Below are positions 10,961 to 20,578 of a DNA stretch of 64,000 nucleotides, in pieces (position 1 is the first letter of the stretch; every line of letters begins with the position of its first letter). The position numbers and the translations under genes are program-made. The stretch spans positions 839,397-903,396 of the forward strand of contig CBDBLV010000004.1 in NCBI GenBank assembly GCA_965207225.1, given 5' to 3'. Source of the DNA: Dehalococcoidia bacterium (GTDB lineage Bacteria; Chloroflexota; Dehalococcoidia; Plut-88900). A model generated the notes under the pieces. It saw only the letters and a program-made list of their open reading frames with translations. It searched no databases and had not been told where the DNA came from.

Positions 10961-11050
10961 GTGGTAAAAGTCCCTCAACCACTGTTCAGTCATCTCGTGG
11001 AGTCTCTCACCTATGCCGCTCGACGGCCTCGACCAATGTACAAAGTCGAG
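10961..11050 (+). mobile_element. Right-end remnant of an IS related to 44773-46220
   Basis: PQPLFSHLVESLTYAA resembles PTPLFNKFIESLSYAA; end ATGTACAAAGTCGAG resembles ATGTACAAAGTCCAG. Confidence 0.65.
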
Positions 11051-11163
11051 GCCAGACAGCAGTGAATAAAGACTGATGCCAACTAGAATCATGAGTCATT
11101 CGAGGCTTGGGAATCAGTGATTCCCCGCACCTCGGCATGGAGGGCTTGTCCACAATGGACCGA

Positions 11164-12582
11164 TCACTTGATGCGATTGTGATAGTGGTTCCAAAAAGTC
11201 TCGCGTAGCAAAGGGTCGCTCGTCTGTAGACGTACTACTGACTGTGTACTTTTTTCCTTAAGTACCAAGTACTTGGATCTAGGCTGAACGAGTTCGTACT
11301 CAAGGGTGTTCGTAAAGATGCGGTGTAGTAGATCTGTCACCTGGTCTGTGGAGGTGGCCACCATCGCTCCGACAGCTACGCCCGTATCAAAATTAATCAG
11401 ACGGGACAGAGGATGTACATCGCGGAAGAAATCACTTCTGAATTCCTCGTTCGCGAAAATGATGACGGGCTTCCCTAGACTCAGCGCCATGGCAGCCTCA
11501 GCATCCTTGCCGTAGCTATCACGACTACCAGCATTAAGAATGAGAGCCTTTGCACACTTCACCATCAGACACTCGACTATCCCCTTGTCCTCGTGGTGCT
11601 CTGCGGCACTAAGCGTGGGGTCAAAATACCGGAGCTTCAACGATTGCAATTCGTAATCGTCAAACACCTTTTCACAAAACTCTGCCATGTCGCGGAAGTC
11701 GTCCCGGGTACGCATTGAGGTTGCTATATATACATCCAAGTCGCCTACCATTGACAAGTACATATGGGTATTCGAAAGGGCTGCTCTCCGGGCGCGGGTG
11801 AATTCTTGAGCGACGCGGCGAATCTTCTCAACTAGGCCGTCTTCATCTTCTAGGACCTCTTCCATAAAGTCATCCGCCGAGAGTTGCAATTGCGGCTGAA
11901 GATGTGCGTATTGTGTTTTTGCATAGTCGCCAGTTAGTAGCTGTCTAGCGGTCAATGGAACCCCACCATCGGTGCGGTGTTTTCGGAATAGGTCGATCAT
12001 GACCTGCTCTATCTGGTTAGCGTCTCCTTTTCCCTCGACAAGCTCGAACGACTTGCAAGCCATCTCAGATATCAGATAGCGATTGTCTTTGGCGATCTGT
12101 GAGAGCAGAAGAGCTTCACCACGTTCTTTCAGCCCAGTAATTCGGCTGGAGTCGAAGAAGGCATGCAGGTCAGTCTCGGACAGTTGACGGAGCCTTTGAT
12201 AGGCGGTCCTGATGCTCCCGAAGTACAGCAGGGCGTCCACGTAAAACCTATACAAACCCCAGTAGAGCTGGTCGATAGACTGAATGTTCTTCGATCCAGG
12301 CCAACGTTCGTCGAAGCAGGGAACGCGGCAGACATCGTAGGGATGCTCCGGAGCGCTAAGCCAATAGTAAGTGAACAGCGGTTGTGATACTGGTGCTTCA
12401 TGAGCCAAAGTCAGCAGCTGATTAAGCCGCGCCCTGCTGAGCGGGTGCGTTTCGAGATCCGCTAGTGCATTGAAGACCTCGTCGGGCGTCTCTGGCCGCA
12501 GCCAACTGTCGAGGCCACCAGTTCCACCTTGAAATAGCTGAAACTGCTCAAGGATTTGTTCCTTTTTCACTGTCGTCGACAT
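11164..12582 (-). CDS. Protein with C-terminal nucleoside 2-deoxyribosyltransferase (NDT)/TIR-like Rossmannoid domain
   Basis: DVYIATSMR, YFDP, DSYGKDAEAAMALSLGKPVII; lower GC than flanks. Confidence 0.6.
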   Translation of the reverse strand: MSTTVKKEQILEQFQLFQGGTGGLDSWLRPETPDEVFNALADLETHPLSRARLNQLLTLAHEAPVSQPLFTYYWLSAPEHPYDVCRVPCFDERWPGSKNIQSIDQLYWGLYRFYVDALLYFGSIRTAYQRLRQLSETDLHAFFDSSRITGLKERGEALLLSQIAKDNRYLISEMACKSFELVEGKGDANQIEQVMIDLFRKHRTDGGVPLTARQLLTGDYAKTQYAHLQPQLQLSADDFMEEVLEDEDGLVEKIRRVAQEFTRARRAALSNTHMYLSMVGDLDVYIATSMRTRDDFRDMAEFCEKVFDDYELQSLKLRYFDPTLSAAEHHEDKGIVECLMVKCAKALILNAGSRDSYGKDAEAAMALSLGKPVIIFANEEFRSDFFRDVHPLSRLINFDTGVAVGAMVATSTDQVTDLLHRIFTNTLEYELVQPRSKYLVLKEKSTQSVVRLQTSDPLLRETFWNHYHNRIK

Positions 12583-12681
12583 CAGGCAGTCATTTCCCCT
12601 TCTCAGTTTCCACGCGTACTCTCGCGGGAGCACATCCAATATATGTATCTATGTAGGCTCGTGCATAGTCTCACATAGGGT

Positions 12682-12857
12682 TCAGTGATTCTTCGTGATC
12701 TCGCGAGGGTTGCCCACAAGCGGAAATCAGTGTCTCCCGCGAGCTTCGGTTGGTTTCTCAGTCACCAAGCTAAGGAGGATGATACCCTAGTCTGGAGACT
12801 TTGGAAAGCTCAGTGAGAGCGGGATTTCAGTTTGAACTTGGGGCGCTGACTAGGCAC
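12682..12857 (-). repeat. Dispersed promoter/end repeat, copy 1
   Basis: Reverse complement aligns with 51662-51865 and 53168-53341 (GAGCTTTCCAAAGTCTCCAG, CTAGGGTATCATCCTCCT, ATCACGAA). Confidence 0.85.
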
Positions 12858-12944
12858 TCATAGAATGCCGACCCTTATTGTTACCAGCCGTCGAGCCTTC
12901 TATGGCTGAAAGAACTCATAACCTCCCTTGACACCTCGGATTCA

Positions 12945-15900
12945 TCAGGGCTGGCTGAATGCCCAGTCCTTAGACAGAACTTCGGCTTGCTCCAAGACGG
13001 TCTGTGTCGCTTTCTCCTGCTTGTCCGGCGGGTAGCCGTGTTTGCGGAGGATGCGGCGAACCAGCCTCCGCAGATTGGCGCGGACGTTCTCCCGCAGCGT
13101 CCAGTCGATGGTGACATTGTTCCGGACCGTTTCGACGAGCTGGCGGGCGATGTCTCGGAGAGCATCGTCGCCGAGCTTCTGTACGGCGCTGTCGTTCGTT
13201 CCCAGCGCGTCATAGAAGGCCAGTTCGTCTTCCGACAGTCCCAGTCGTTCGCCCCGCGCGTGGGCCTCTCGCATCTCCTTTGCGAGAGCGATCAACTCCT
13301 CGATTACCTGAGCCGCCTCTATCGTGCGGTTTTGATAGCGGCGCAGCGTCTGTTCCAGCATCTCTGCGAAGGAGCGGGCCTGCACCACGTTCTTGCGGCG
13401 GCGAATGCTCAGCTCGCCCTCGAGCAGCTTCCGGAGCAGTTCGACCGCCACGTTGCGATGCTGCATCCCTCTGACCTCGGCCAGGAATTCGTCCGACAAT
13501 ACCGAGATGTCCGGCTTGCGCAGACCAGCGGCGTCGAATACGTCCATCACTCCCTCGGCGGCGACGGCCCTGGATATGATCTGTCGCACGGCGAGGTCAA
13601 TGTCCTCAGCCAATCGAGCGGCCCTTGGAGCCTGTTTCGACAGCGCGGCGCGTACAGTCTGGAAGAAACCCACGTCATCGCGTATTCGCATGGTCGCCGG
13701 GTGTGGCACGGAGAGCGCGAAGGCTTGCGACAGCTGCCGGACGGCGTTCAGGTAGCGTTCCTTCCCGTCCTCCTGAGCCAGTATGTGTTCTTGAGCTGCG
13801 GGCAGGAGGGACAGGCGTTCCCGATGAGATCCCGTCTTCCAAACACCCCAGTCGAAGCCGTGGAACAGGCGACAGCAGATCTCATGCTTTTCCAGCATCG
13901 CGTCGACCGCCTCTTCCTGGTCCAGCGCCGTACTGCCGCTACCGCCGCTTTCGGTGTACGTCGCCAGAGCCTGTTTCAGGTCTTGCGCCAATCCGAGGTA
14001 GTCCACCACCAGGCCACCGGGCTTGTCCCCAAACACGCGGTTGACTCGCGCTATCGCCTGCATAAGCCCGTGGCCACGCATTGGCTTGTCAACGTACATG
14101 GTGTGCAGGCTGGGCGCATCAAACCCCGTGAGCCACATATCGCGCACCAGCACGATCTTAAACACGTCGTCCGGGTCACGGAAACGTTGCGCCAGCGCCT
14201 CGCGCCGCGCCTTGTTCCCAATGTGCGGCTGCCAACCCACAGGATCAGACGCCGAGCCGGTCATTACGACCTTGATCTCGCCCTTGCCATCATCGTCGTC
14301 ATGCCAGCCGGGACGCAGCCGGACCAGTTCGCGGTACAGCTCGACGCAGATGCGGCGGCTCATGCAGACGACCATCGCCTTGCCTTCCAGCGCCTCCCGG
14401 CGGCTCTCGAAGTGGGCAACGATGTCCTCCGCGATCTGCTTGACCCGCGCGGGCGCGCCGACGACCGCTTCCAGCTGCGCCCACTTGGTCTTGAGTCGCT
14501 CCCTGCGTTCTATCTCCTCGCCCTCGGTCGCTTCCTCGAAGTCGGGGTCTATCTTCGGCCTCTCGCGCTCGTCTAGAGCGAGCTTGGCAAGGCGGCTTTC
14601 GTAGTAGATCGGCACCGTTGCGCCGTCCTCGACGGATCGCCGGATGTCGTAGATGCTGATGTAGTCTCCGAACACGGCGCGGGTGTTGGCGTCCTGGATC
14701 TCGATGGGCGTGCCGGTGAAGCCAACGAACGATGCGTTGGGCAGCGCGTCTCGCATATGTCGGGCGTATCCGTCGATGAAGTCGTACTGGCTGCGGTGCG
14801 CCTCGTCCGCGATTACGACGATGTTGCGCCGCTCCGACAGCGTGGGGTGCGTATCGCCGCGCTCCTCTGGGAAGAACTTCTGGATGGTGGTGAAGACCAC
14901 GCCGCCGGCGTTGACCGATAGCTTGGCGCGCAGGTCGGCGCGGCTCTGCGCCTGCGTCGGCGGCTGGCGCAGCAGATCCTGGCAGCGAGAGAAGGTGCCG
15001 AATAGCTGGTCGTCCAGGTCGTTGCGGTCGGTGAGGACGACGACGGTCGGATTCGCCATCGCCGGATCGCGGATGATGGCACCGGCGTAGAACGCCATCG
15101 TGAGACTCTTTCCCGAACCCTGCGTGTGCCATACGACCCCGATGCGGCGGTCGCCCGGCTCTCCGCCCGGTCGTCTCGACTCGTACTCGTCGATTCTCGC
15201 ATCGCCTACACGCCCAATACGCGCCGCCCTAAGCGTCTCCTCTACGGCTACGCGCACGGCATGGAACTGGTGATAGCCCGCCATCTTCTTGACCGGCGCG
15301 CCGCCCCCATCGTCATCAAACGCGATGAAGTCTCGGATCAGAGAGAGAAAACGGCTCCGCTCAAAGACGCCTTCGAGCATCACCTGGAGCTGGGGGGTAT
15401 GAGAGTCTGCCAGCGCCTCGCCGGTGACGGTTCGCCAGGGCTTGAACCACTCCTTGCCCGACGTGAGAGCGCCTACCCGCGCTTCGATGCCGTCCGACAC
15501 GACCAGCGCCTCGTTCATGGAAAACAGCGTGGGAAGCTCAGACTTGTAGGTTTGGAGTTGGTTCCATGCCGTCCAGATCGTCGCGTCCTCGTCCGCGGGG
15601 TTCTTCAGTTCGATAATGCCAAGGGGCAGGCCGTTGACGAACAGCACCACGTCCGGCCTTCGGGTGTTTCGGTCCTCGGTGACGGTGAACTGGTTGACGG
15701 CGATCAGGTCGTTATTGGCGGGGTTGTCGGAGTCGATGACTCGGACCTGGTTGCCTCGTAATCGTCCATCCGCATCCTGGTACTCGACCTCCACGCCGTT
15801 GACCAACATCCTGTGGAATGCCCTGTTGCGAGCTTCTAGGGTTGAACCCTGGGGCCGGGTCAGCTTGCGGTAGGCATCTTCCAGCGCCGACGCAGGCAGC

Positions 15901-16082
15901 GCAGGGTTGAGTGTGGCTACAGCATCCCGCAGCCGACGCTCCAGCACCACTTGGCCGTAATCGGTGCGCTCGTCATTGGAGGTCTCGGGAGCGATGTCGG
16001 GGCCGTGTGCCGTCTGCCAGCCAAGACCCTTCAGCCAGTCAAGGGCAGCCTGCTCGACTTCGGCCTCAGTGATAGTAGTCAT
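12945..16082 (-). CDS. hsdR: Type I restriction endonuclease subunit R
   Basis: RPD...IELK nuclease, [36 protein letters not shown]; ATGA overlap with upstream gene. Confidence 0.96.
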   Translation of the reverse strand: MTTITEAEVEQAALDWLKGLGWQTAHGPDIAPETSNDERTDYGQVVLERRLRDAVATLNPALPASALEDAYRKLTRPQGSTLEARNRAFHRMLVNGVEVEYQDADGRLRGNQVRVIDSDNPANNDLIAVNQFTVTEDRNTRRPDVVLFVNGLPLGIIELKNPADEDATIWTAWNQLQTYKSELPTLFSMNEALVVSDGIEARVGALTSGKEWFKPWRTVTGEALADSHTPQLQVMLEGVFERSRFLSLIRDFIAFDDDGGGAPVKKMAGYHQFHAVRVAVEETLRAARIGRVGDARIDEYESRRPGGEPGDRRIGVVWHTQGSGKSLTMAFYAGAIIRDPAMANPTVVVLTDRNDLDDQLFGTFSRCQDLLRQPPTQAQSRADLRAKLSVNAGGVVFTTIQKFFPEERGDTHPTLSERRNIVVIADEAHRSQYDFIDGYARHMRDALPNASFVGFTGTPIEIQDANTRAVFGDYISIYDIRRSVEDGATVPIYYESRLAKLALDERERPKIDPDFEEATEGEEIERRERLKTKWAQLEAVVGAPARVKQIAEDIVAHFESRREALEGKAMVVCMSRRICVELYRELVRLRPGWHDDDDGKGEIKVVMTGSASDPVGWQPHIGNKARREALAQRFRDPDDVFKIVLVRDMWLTGFDAPSLHTMYVDKPMRGHGLMQAIARVNRVFGDKPGGLVVDYLGLAQDLKQALATYTESGGSGSTALDQEEAVDAMLEKHEICCRLFHGFDWGVWKTGSHRERLSLLPAAQEHILAQEDGKERYLNAVRQLSQAFALSVPHPATMRIRDDVGFFQTVRAALSKQAPRAARLAEDIDLAVRQIISRAVAAEGVMDVFDAAGLRKPDISVLSDEFLAEVRGMQHRNVAVELLRKLLEGELSIRRRKNVVQARSFAEMLEQTLRRYQNRTIEAAQVIEELIALAKEMREAHARGERLGLSEDELAFYDALGTNDSAVQKLGDDALRDIARQLVETVRNNVTIDWTLRENVRANLRRLVRRILRKHGYPPDKQEKATQTVLEQAEVLSKDWAFSQP

Positions 16083-16591
16083 TTCATCCAGTCCACGACG
16101 CCAGCGATTGCCAGGATAACCATAACCGTCAGACCCGCATGAAGCCCAGCGAAGAGGATAGGTATCCACCGTTCGCTCTTCGACACAGCACGATACGCCG
16201 GACCTTGTCCCTCCTCAGCCAATCGCCACTCATGCTTGTACATCGCCACTGGAAGATGTTGCTCGAACTCGTGAATCACCTTGAACTTGACTGTGTTCAG
16301 GTCTGCGTGTGACTTGATGATCAGATACCAGAGCAGGGACACGGGAATCCCTATAATGGGAATCAGCAGCGTCCAGTAGCTCTGGCCGAAGTTTGCGGAC
16401 TGCAGCCCATACAGCGCAACCAGCGCGGCGTTAATGGTCAGCAGGTAGCGGTTTGAGGTGACACGCCGTGAGCTAACATTCTCAGCAGATTGAACGTATA
16501 GCTTGTACTGCTCCAGCAGGTCTGCCTTAAACGACTTGCCGTAGGATTCTTCGGTCCTAGGAATCAATGATCCGCACTTCTCGGTACCCAT
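16079..16591 (-). CDS. Small multi-pass membrane protein (RipA/8xMP, SLATT-like effector type)
   Basis: [34 protein letters not shown]; three hydrophobic segments. Confidence 0.65.
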   Translation of the reverse strand: MGTEKCGSLIPRTEESYGKSFKADLLEQYKLYVQSAENVSSRRVTSNRYLLTINAALVALYGLQSANFGQSYWTLLIPIIGIPVSLLWYLIIKSHADLNTVKFKVIHEFEQHLPVAMYKHEWRLAEEGQGPAYRAVSKSERWIPILFAGLHAGLTVMVILAIAGVVDWMK

Positions 16592-16593
16592 GC

Positions 16594-16983
16594 CTACCTC
16601 GGACTAGCGATGAGTTCTTTCAGGGTGGGCCAAGTCCAAGGATGCATCACCTTCTTCTTCGGCGCTGTGTTCGGGCGGGAACATTGCCCTTGCCTGCGGC
16701 CCTTCAGCAAGAAGTAAGGCTTCTTCTCTTCCCGAGTGATGGCAACCTCGCCTGCTACTCCGCTGGCCCTGTGCGTACGCCGTCCGCAGATAACGATGAC
16801 AAGGTCGCACCTGCGTATCCGAGACCGAACCTCATCCCGCCATTTTTCGTCGATTCGTCCGTACACAGACTCATCCTTTATGCTGAATGGCGAGTCTGAC
16901 CTCTCAGCTTGGGCGACCAAATCGCCCCTCAGGTCCTTGTCGTTGTCGAAGTCAAAGCTGATGAATACGCTCTTGGTGGTCAT
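16594..16983 (-). CDS. Stand-alone TIR domain (ThsB/MTH538-like, DUF1863)
   Basis: VFISFDFDND, D.S, DLVIVICG..T...GV..E, KPYF. Confidence 0.82.
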   Translation of the reverse strand: MTTKSVFISFDFDNDKDLRGDLVAQAERSDSPFSIKDESVYGRIDEKWRDEVRSRIRRCDLVIVICGRRTHRASGVAGEVAITREEKKPYFLLKGRRQGQCSRPNTAPKKKVMHPWTWPTLKELIASPR

Positions 16984-17065
16984 TTGGTATCTCCTCTCAG
17001 CGCTGCCTGTTCAAAATCGGCTTCGTGATGGTGGTCGGAGGTCTGAGCATTGGAAATGAAGAACT

Positions 17066-18106
17066 CTACGGTGTATTGGGTGCATCGAAGTCAATCTCAA
17101 GCATATGAAAGCCTTTCTGCTCAAGAAAGTCGGCAACCGCCTGTTGATACTCGGGCATATACTCAATGTCAACGACTCCCGCAAGTTCCGTTGCTGCATT
17201 TGTAAGGAGAATCACAGGCAACGTTATGGTTTGGTCTCCCTGTCGCTGATCAATTGGCGTCAGCGCCCAGCTGCGCCCTTGAAATCCATGTGCCATTGAT
17301 ATCCACCGGGGCGACTTATCCAAGCCACCATCGATTACCACATGCTGCAGCTCCGAATCGTATCCTGGGGCTATGAGACCGTGTTCATTTAGCCGATTTA
17401 GGGCAGTGTAACTTAAGCCATATTCCTTTAGAGAGTTATTTGCGGCTCGACCATCCAAGGAAATGACAAATTCATTTCCTGCTCGTTTTGCACCACCTCC
17501 CCTTAGACCAATCTGAGGTGTCATCCTAGCTGAGCACAATCCTCTAAAAAGTCTAGCCGTTGCTCTATCGAGATTCTTGAGGATGCTCATAGTTCTAAAT
17601 GAAGTGCTCCCGGGTCTTTCTACTTCACCTGCAAGGATCTTGCCCCAGAGCTGTTGCATCTCTTCAGAAGATACGTCTTGCACATCATTGAAGAATCGCG
17701 CTGTCCAGTCGTGATCAACGTCGTGGTCTTGGACCTCCCTATCTCCAAGCTCCAAGGCGGCCTGCGCAACCACTGATCCGATGTTGGCCTGACGCTTCTC
17801 CTCTCGGAACTGCACTCTTTGCTCTATGAGATCTCCTATTGTCACTTCCCCTTGAAGTGCTGCTTGAGGAGAGATCAGCTTTGATCGCGCCTCCACCTGC
17901 GCCGCGGCAATGATCTGTATGGACGTTGCGCGACCCTGAGTCAGGATTCGCTGTGCCTCTGCTTCCCCTTCCGCAGCTATGGCTCTTACCTCAGCGTCAC
18001 GTCGCGCTACCATGCGAGAGAAGAAGAAGCTCGCCGTGCTACCTATTCCACTCGCCGTATAATCGATTAGCTTCTCAATAGCCCGCACATTTACCTTGAT
18101 ATCCAT
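17066..18106 (-). CDS. DUF2806-family protein
   Basis: RQANI, DWTARFF...VSSEEMQQLWGKILAGEVERPGSTSFRT; TAATG overlap with hsdS. Confidence 0.8.
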   Translation of the reverse strand: MDIKVNVRAIEKLIDYTASGIGSTASFFFSRMVARRDAEVRAIAAEGEAEAQRILTQGRATSIQIIAAAQVEARSKLISPQAALQGEVTIGDLIEQRVQFREEKRQANIGSVVAQAALELGDREVQDHDVDHDWTARFFNDVQDVSSEEMQQLWGKILAGEVERPGSTSFRTMSILKNLDRATARLFRGLCSARMTPQIGLRGGGAKRAGNEFVISLDGRAANNSLKEYGLSYTALNRLNEHGLIAPGYDSELQHVVIDGGLDKSPRWISMAHGFQGRSWALTPIDQRQGDQTITLPVILLTNAATELAGVVDIEYMPEYQQAVADFLEQKGFHMLEIDFDAPNTP

Positions 18107-19422
18107 TACGTCACCCGCACTCCCCCCGACACCAACCCCGGCAGCAGTGCATCTCGCTGGGCAGCAAGGACCAGTGACTCTTGGCGGTTGAACTCGATCT
18201 GAGCAAATAGAGGACTGACCAAGGCTTTTAACTCTGCCCATATCTCTGCTGGAGGGTACGGCAACAAGTAAGGGGCCAACGCGTCAACCTGAACTCTCTG
18301 CCGTCCGGACGTCCCCGTCATGCTTTGGATGGCGTGCTCTCGGAATGCGGCGTCACGGGCCAAGAGGTATGTGTATTCAGATGGAACAGGTGGAATCGCC
18401 CGCATCACAATGAATTCGGTCGAGCCCCAACCCGCCGTACCTGCCGCCAGCGACTGGACAAAGGCCGTCTTGCCGTTTTCCAAGCAGGGAGTAATCCGTG
18501 CAAGGAGCGTATCGCCGTTGCGAAAGCGGGTACCGGATTTGAACTCTCGCAATATGGGAGAGCTTGGACCAGACCCAGACGTTGGGAGGGATGCCATGTC
18601 AAGGTAATGAGCCACGGTTCCCCGCTTCATTGGCTCAGGGGGGTTTAGCTTCACTACCTCCTCCAGTGCTTTTACCTCCCACTCCTCCGGGATCTCCCCC
18701 AGCTCCGAGTCCACCAGCCGGTCCGGGAACAGGTTGTAGAGGTCGGAGGAGAGGCCGGGCAGCGACTCGCCCCGGTGATAGCGGCCCTCTATCTTGGCCC
18801 GCACAGGGTCGAAGTCTACGAACCAGGACTTGAACAGCGTCCTGGCCATCTCCTCCAGCGTTTCGTTCATCCGCCGGTTCAGCTCGATCTTGTCATCCAG
18901 CGTGCCGAGGATGCGGGCGATGGCGCGCTGTTCGGAGAGGGGTGGGAGTGAGAATATATATCGTGAAACGTGTTCCCAATCGGCTCGAGGCATTCTTGTA
19001 CCTGTTGAGCCGGCCATGGCGAAGTCCACGAACTCATGGGATGCCATGCAGTAGTGAAGATAGCCTTGTTCAACTCCCTTCTTTGCGCGAACTACCCAAA
19101 TGTCGGTCGAACACAACCCATTTGCAGGTGCACGGACTACCTTTCGAAAGTATGGACGTAGCTTACCGAACAAGGTGTCGCCGCACTTAAATCGCGCCTT
19201 TGTACTGGTTACATCGGTAGCTGTTCCTTGTCCGACTAGGGATAGGGTGCCTTCTCCTATGTGCTCAAGACCTATGTAAAGAGCATCATCCATTTCAGAA
19301 GGGGATACAGTATCCCGAATCAACTCCGCGCACTCCTCTAACGTCGCCTTGCGCCATCCGTCCGCCGCCCGGTTCAGAAACTGTGGCGCAATACGTTTGT
19401 CTAGATCAGCCATTGCTGCCAT
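18106..19422 (-). CDS. hsdS: Type I R-M specificity subunit
   Basis: Two TRDs separated by LPPLSEQRAIARILGTLDDKIELN...ELGEIPEEW; ends QRDALLPGLVSG. Confidence 0.93.
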   Translation of the reverse strand: MAAMADLDKRIAPQFLNRAADGWRKATLEECAELIRDTVSPSEMDDALYIGLEHIGEGTLSLVGQGTATDVTSTKARFKCGDTLFGKLRPYFRKVVRAPANGLCSTDIWVVRAKKGVEQGYLHYCMASHEFVDFAMAGSTGTRMPRADWEHVSRYIFSLPPLSEQRAIARILGTLDDKIELNRRMNETLEEMARTLFKSWFVDFDPVRAKIEGRYHRGESLPGLSSDLYNLFPDRLVDSELGEIPEEWEVKALEEVVKLNPPEPMKRGTVAHYLDMASLPTSGSGPSSPILREFKSGTRFRNGDTLLARITPCLENGKTAFVQSLAAGTAGWGSTEFIVMRAIPPVPSEYTYLLARDAAFREHAIQSMTGTSGRQRVQVDALAPYLLPYPPAEIWAELKALVSPLFAQIEFNRQESLVLAAQRDALLPGLVSGGVRVT

Positions 19423-19424
19423 CT

Positions 19425-19736
19425 CTAAAACTCCACATCGCGGGGTCTCAAAGGTATCCGCTCAAATTCGAAGTCTTCGGAGCCGCCTTTGGGTATTGCC
19501 AGCGGGTGCTCCGCGAAGCTCGGTATGTCTTCCTGTGTGGGGGCGCTGTCTTGGATTAGCTCGGCGGTCGTCTGATGATCGTAGAGACGCGCGTATTCGT
19601 CCGCCGACAGCACGACGACGGCGGATGCGCCATCGCATGATACGCGCTGCGGTTCGCCGGTTAGGGCGGCGTCAACTATGGCGGTAAAGCTATTCTTGGC
19701 ATCCTGCAAAGTCCAGTCTGTCACTATATCCTCCAT
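19425..19736 (-). CDS. Orphan Phd/YefM-family antitoxin
   Basis: WTLQDAKNSF..IVDAA..GEPQ.V...G..AVVVLS..EY. Confidence 0.75.
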   Translation of the reverse strand: MEDIVTDWTLQDAKNSFTAIVDAALTGEPQRVSCDGASAVVVLSADEYARLYDHQTTAELIQDSAPTQEDIPSFAEHPLAIPKGGSEDFEFERIPLRPRDVEF

Positions 19737-19781
19737 CTAGCGCGCTGGCCGGGGCATAGATACTCTATCATGCCCTCTTGG

Positions 19782-20192
19782 CTACGGTTGGCAAAGCGGG
19801 GGACCTAGCACGTCTCGGCCGTCGAACTTGGCGCCGGGCTTCTGAAGCAGTATGTCGAGGCGGATGTCTAGCAATTTGTGGATGGCGCGGGCCTGCGGTA
19901 CTGTTAGGTTTCGCTTGCCTTCCATCACTTCGCAGACTTTCGCATCGGTGCCGATGATTTGGATGAGGTCATGGGGCGTCAGATACCGGTCGTCCAGCGC
20001 GCGCTCGATGGCGGCGGCGGCGGTAGGAAAGCCCATCGGATAGCGCTTGTCTTCATATCTCACGACCATTTCCACTAGCGCTTCACATTCTTCACCCTCC
20101 GGTGTGCTCGGCTCTGCGGCGAATATCTCGTCGATCCGCCCAAGCGCGGCGTCGAGGTCTTCTTCGGTGAGAATTTCCGTGACAGCTACCAT
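19782..20192 (-). CDS. higA: HigA-like antitoxin
   Basis: L..LV..YE...YP and C-terminal HTH (G.RNLT..Q...IH). Confidence 0.75.
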   Translation of the reverse strand: MVAVTEILTEEDLDAALGRIDEIFAAEPSTPEGEECEALVEMVVRYEDKRYPMGFPTAAAAIERALDDRYLTPHDLIQIIGTDAKVCEVMEGKRNLTVPQARAIHKLLDIRLDILLQKPGAKFDGRDVLGPPLCQP

Positions 20193-20194
20193 AT

Positions 20195-20488
20195 CTAAAC
20201 CTCCCCAGCGTCTATTCTCTCATATTCGGAGTGGGTTCCAATGAACCGGATATAGACGCGTCTCGCTCTGTAATTCACTCTTGCGACCAGTCTGTATCTG
20301 TTCCCCCTGATCCTGAACACCGCGCGGTCCGAACCTACGATACTGGCGCGTCGGTATCGCTGCAATAGGTCGGCAGGGGAACGCCAAGTCTCTTCGCTGA
20401 CCCGTTGGTGCCAATCGTTCAGGGCATTCTCCGCGTCTGGGTGTCTCCGCCAAAACCTCTGAAGTGTACGTTTGGAAAAGATTCTCAA
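20195..20488 (-). CDS. higB: HigB-family toxin
   Basis: RAVFRIRGNRYRLV...YIRFIGTHSEYERID. Confidence 0.85.
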   Translation of the reverse strand: MRIFSKRTLQRFWRRHPDAENALNDWHQRVSEETWRSPADLLQRYRRASIVGSDRAVFRIRGNRYRLVARVNYRARRVYIRFIGTHSEYERIDAGEV

Positions 20489-20578
20489 AGTCGAGTCCGT
20501 CCCCAGTGTGCCGATGCATCTTGTCGCAAGTGTCGTTTGCCGCGCTCATTCTTCCATTATACCCCAGCCACGTCTTCC

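Noticed and set aside
12987-14576. Long antisense ORFs (also 27428-29608, 34831-37008, 56397-58001, 59090-60895)
   Set aside because: Typical high-GC shadows opposite well-supported genes
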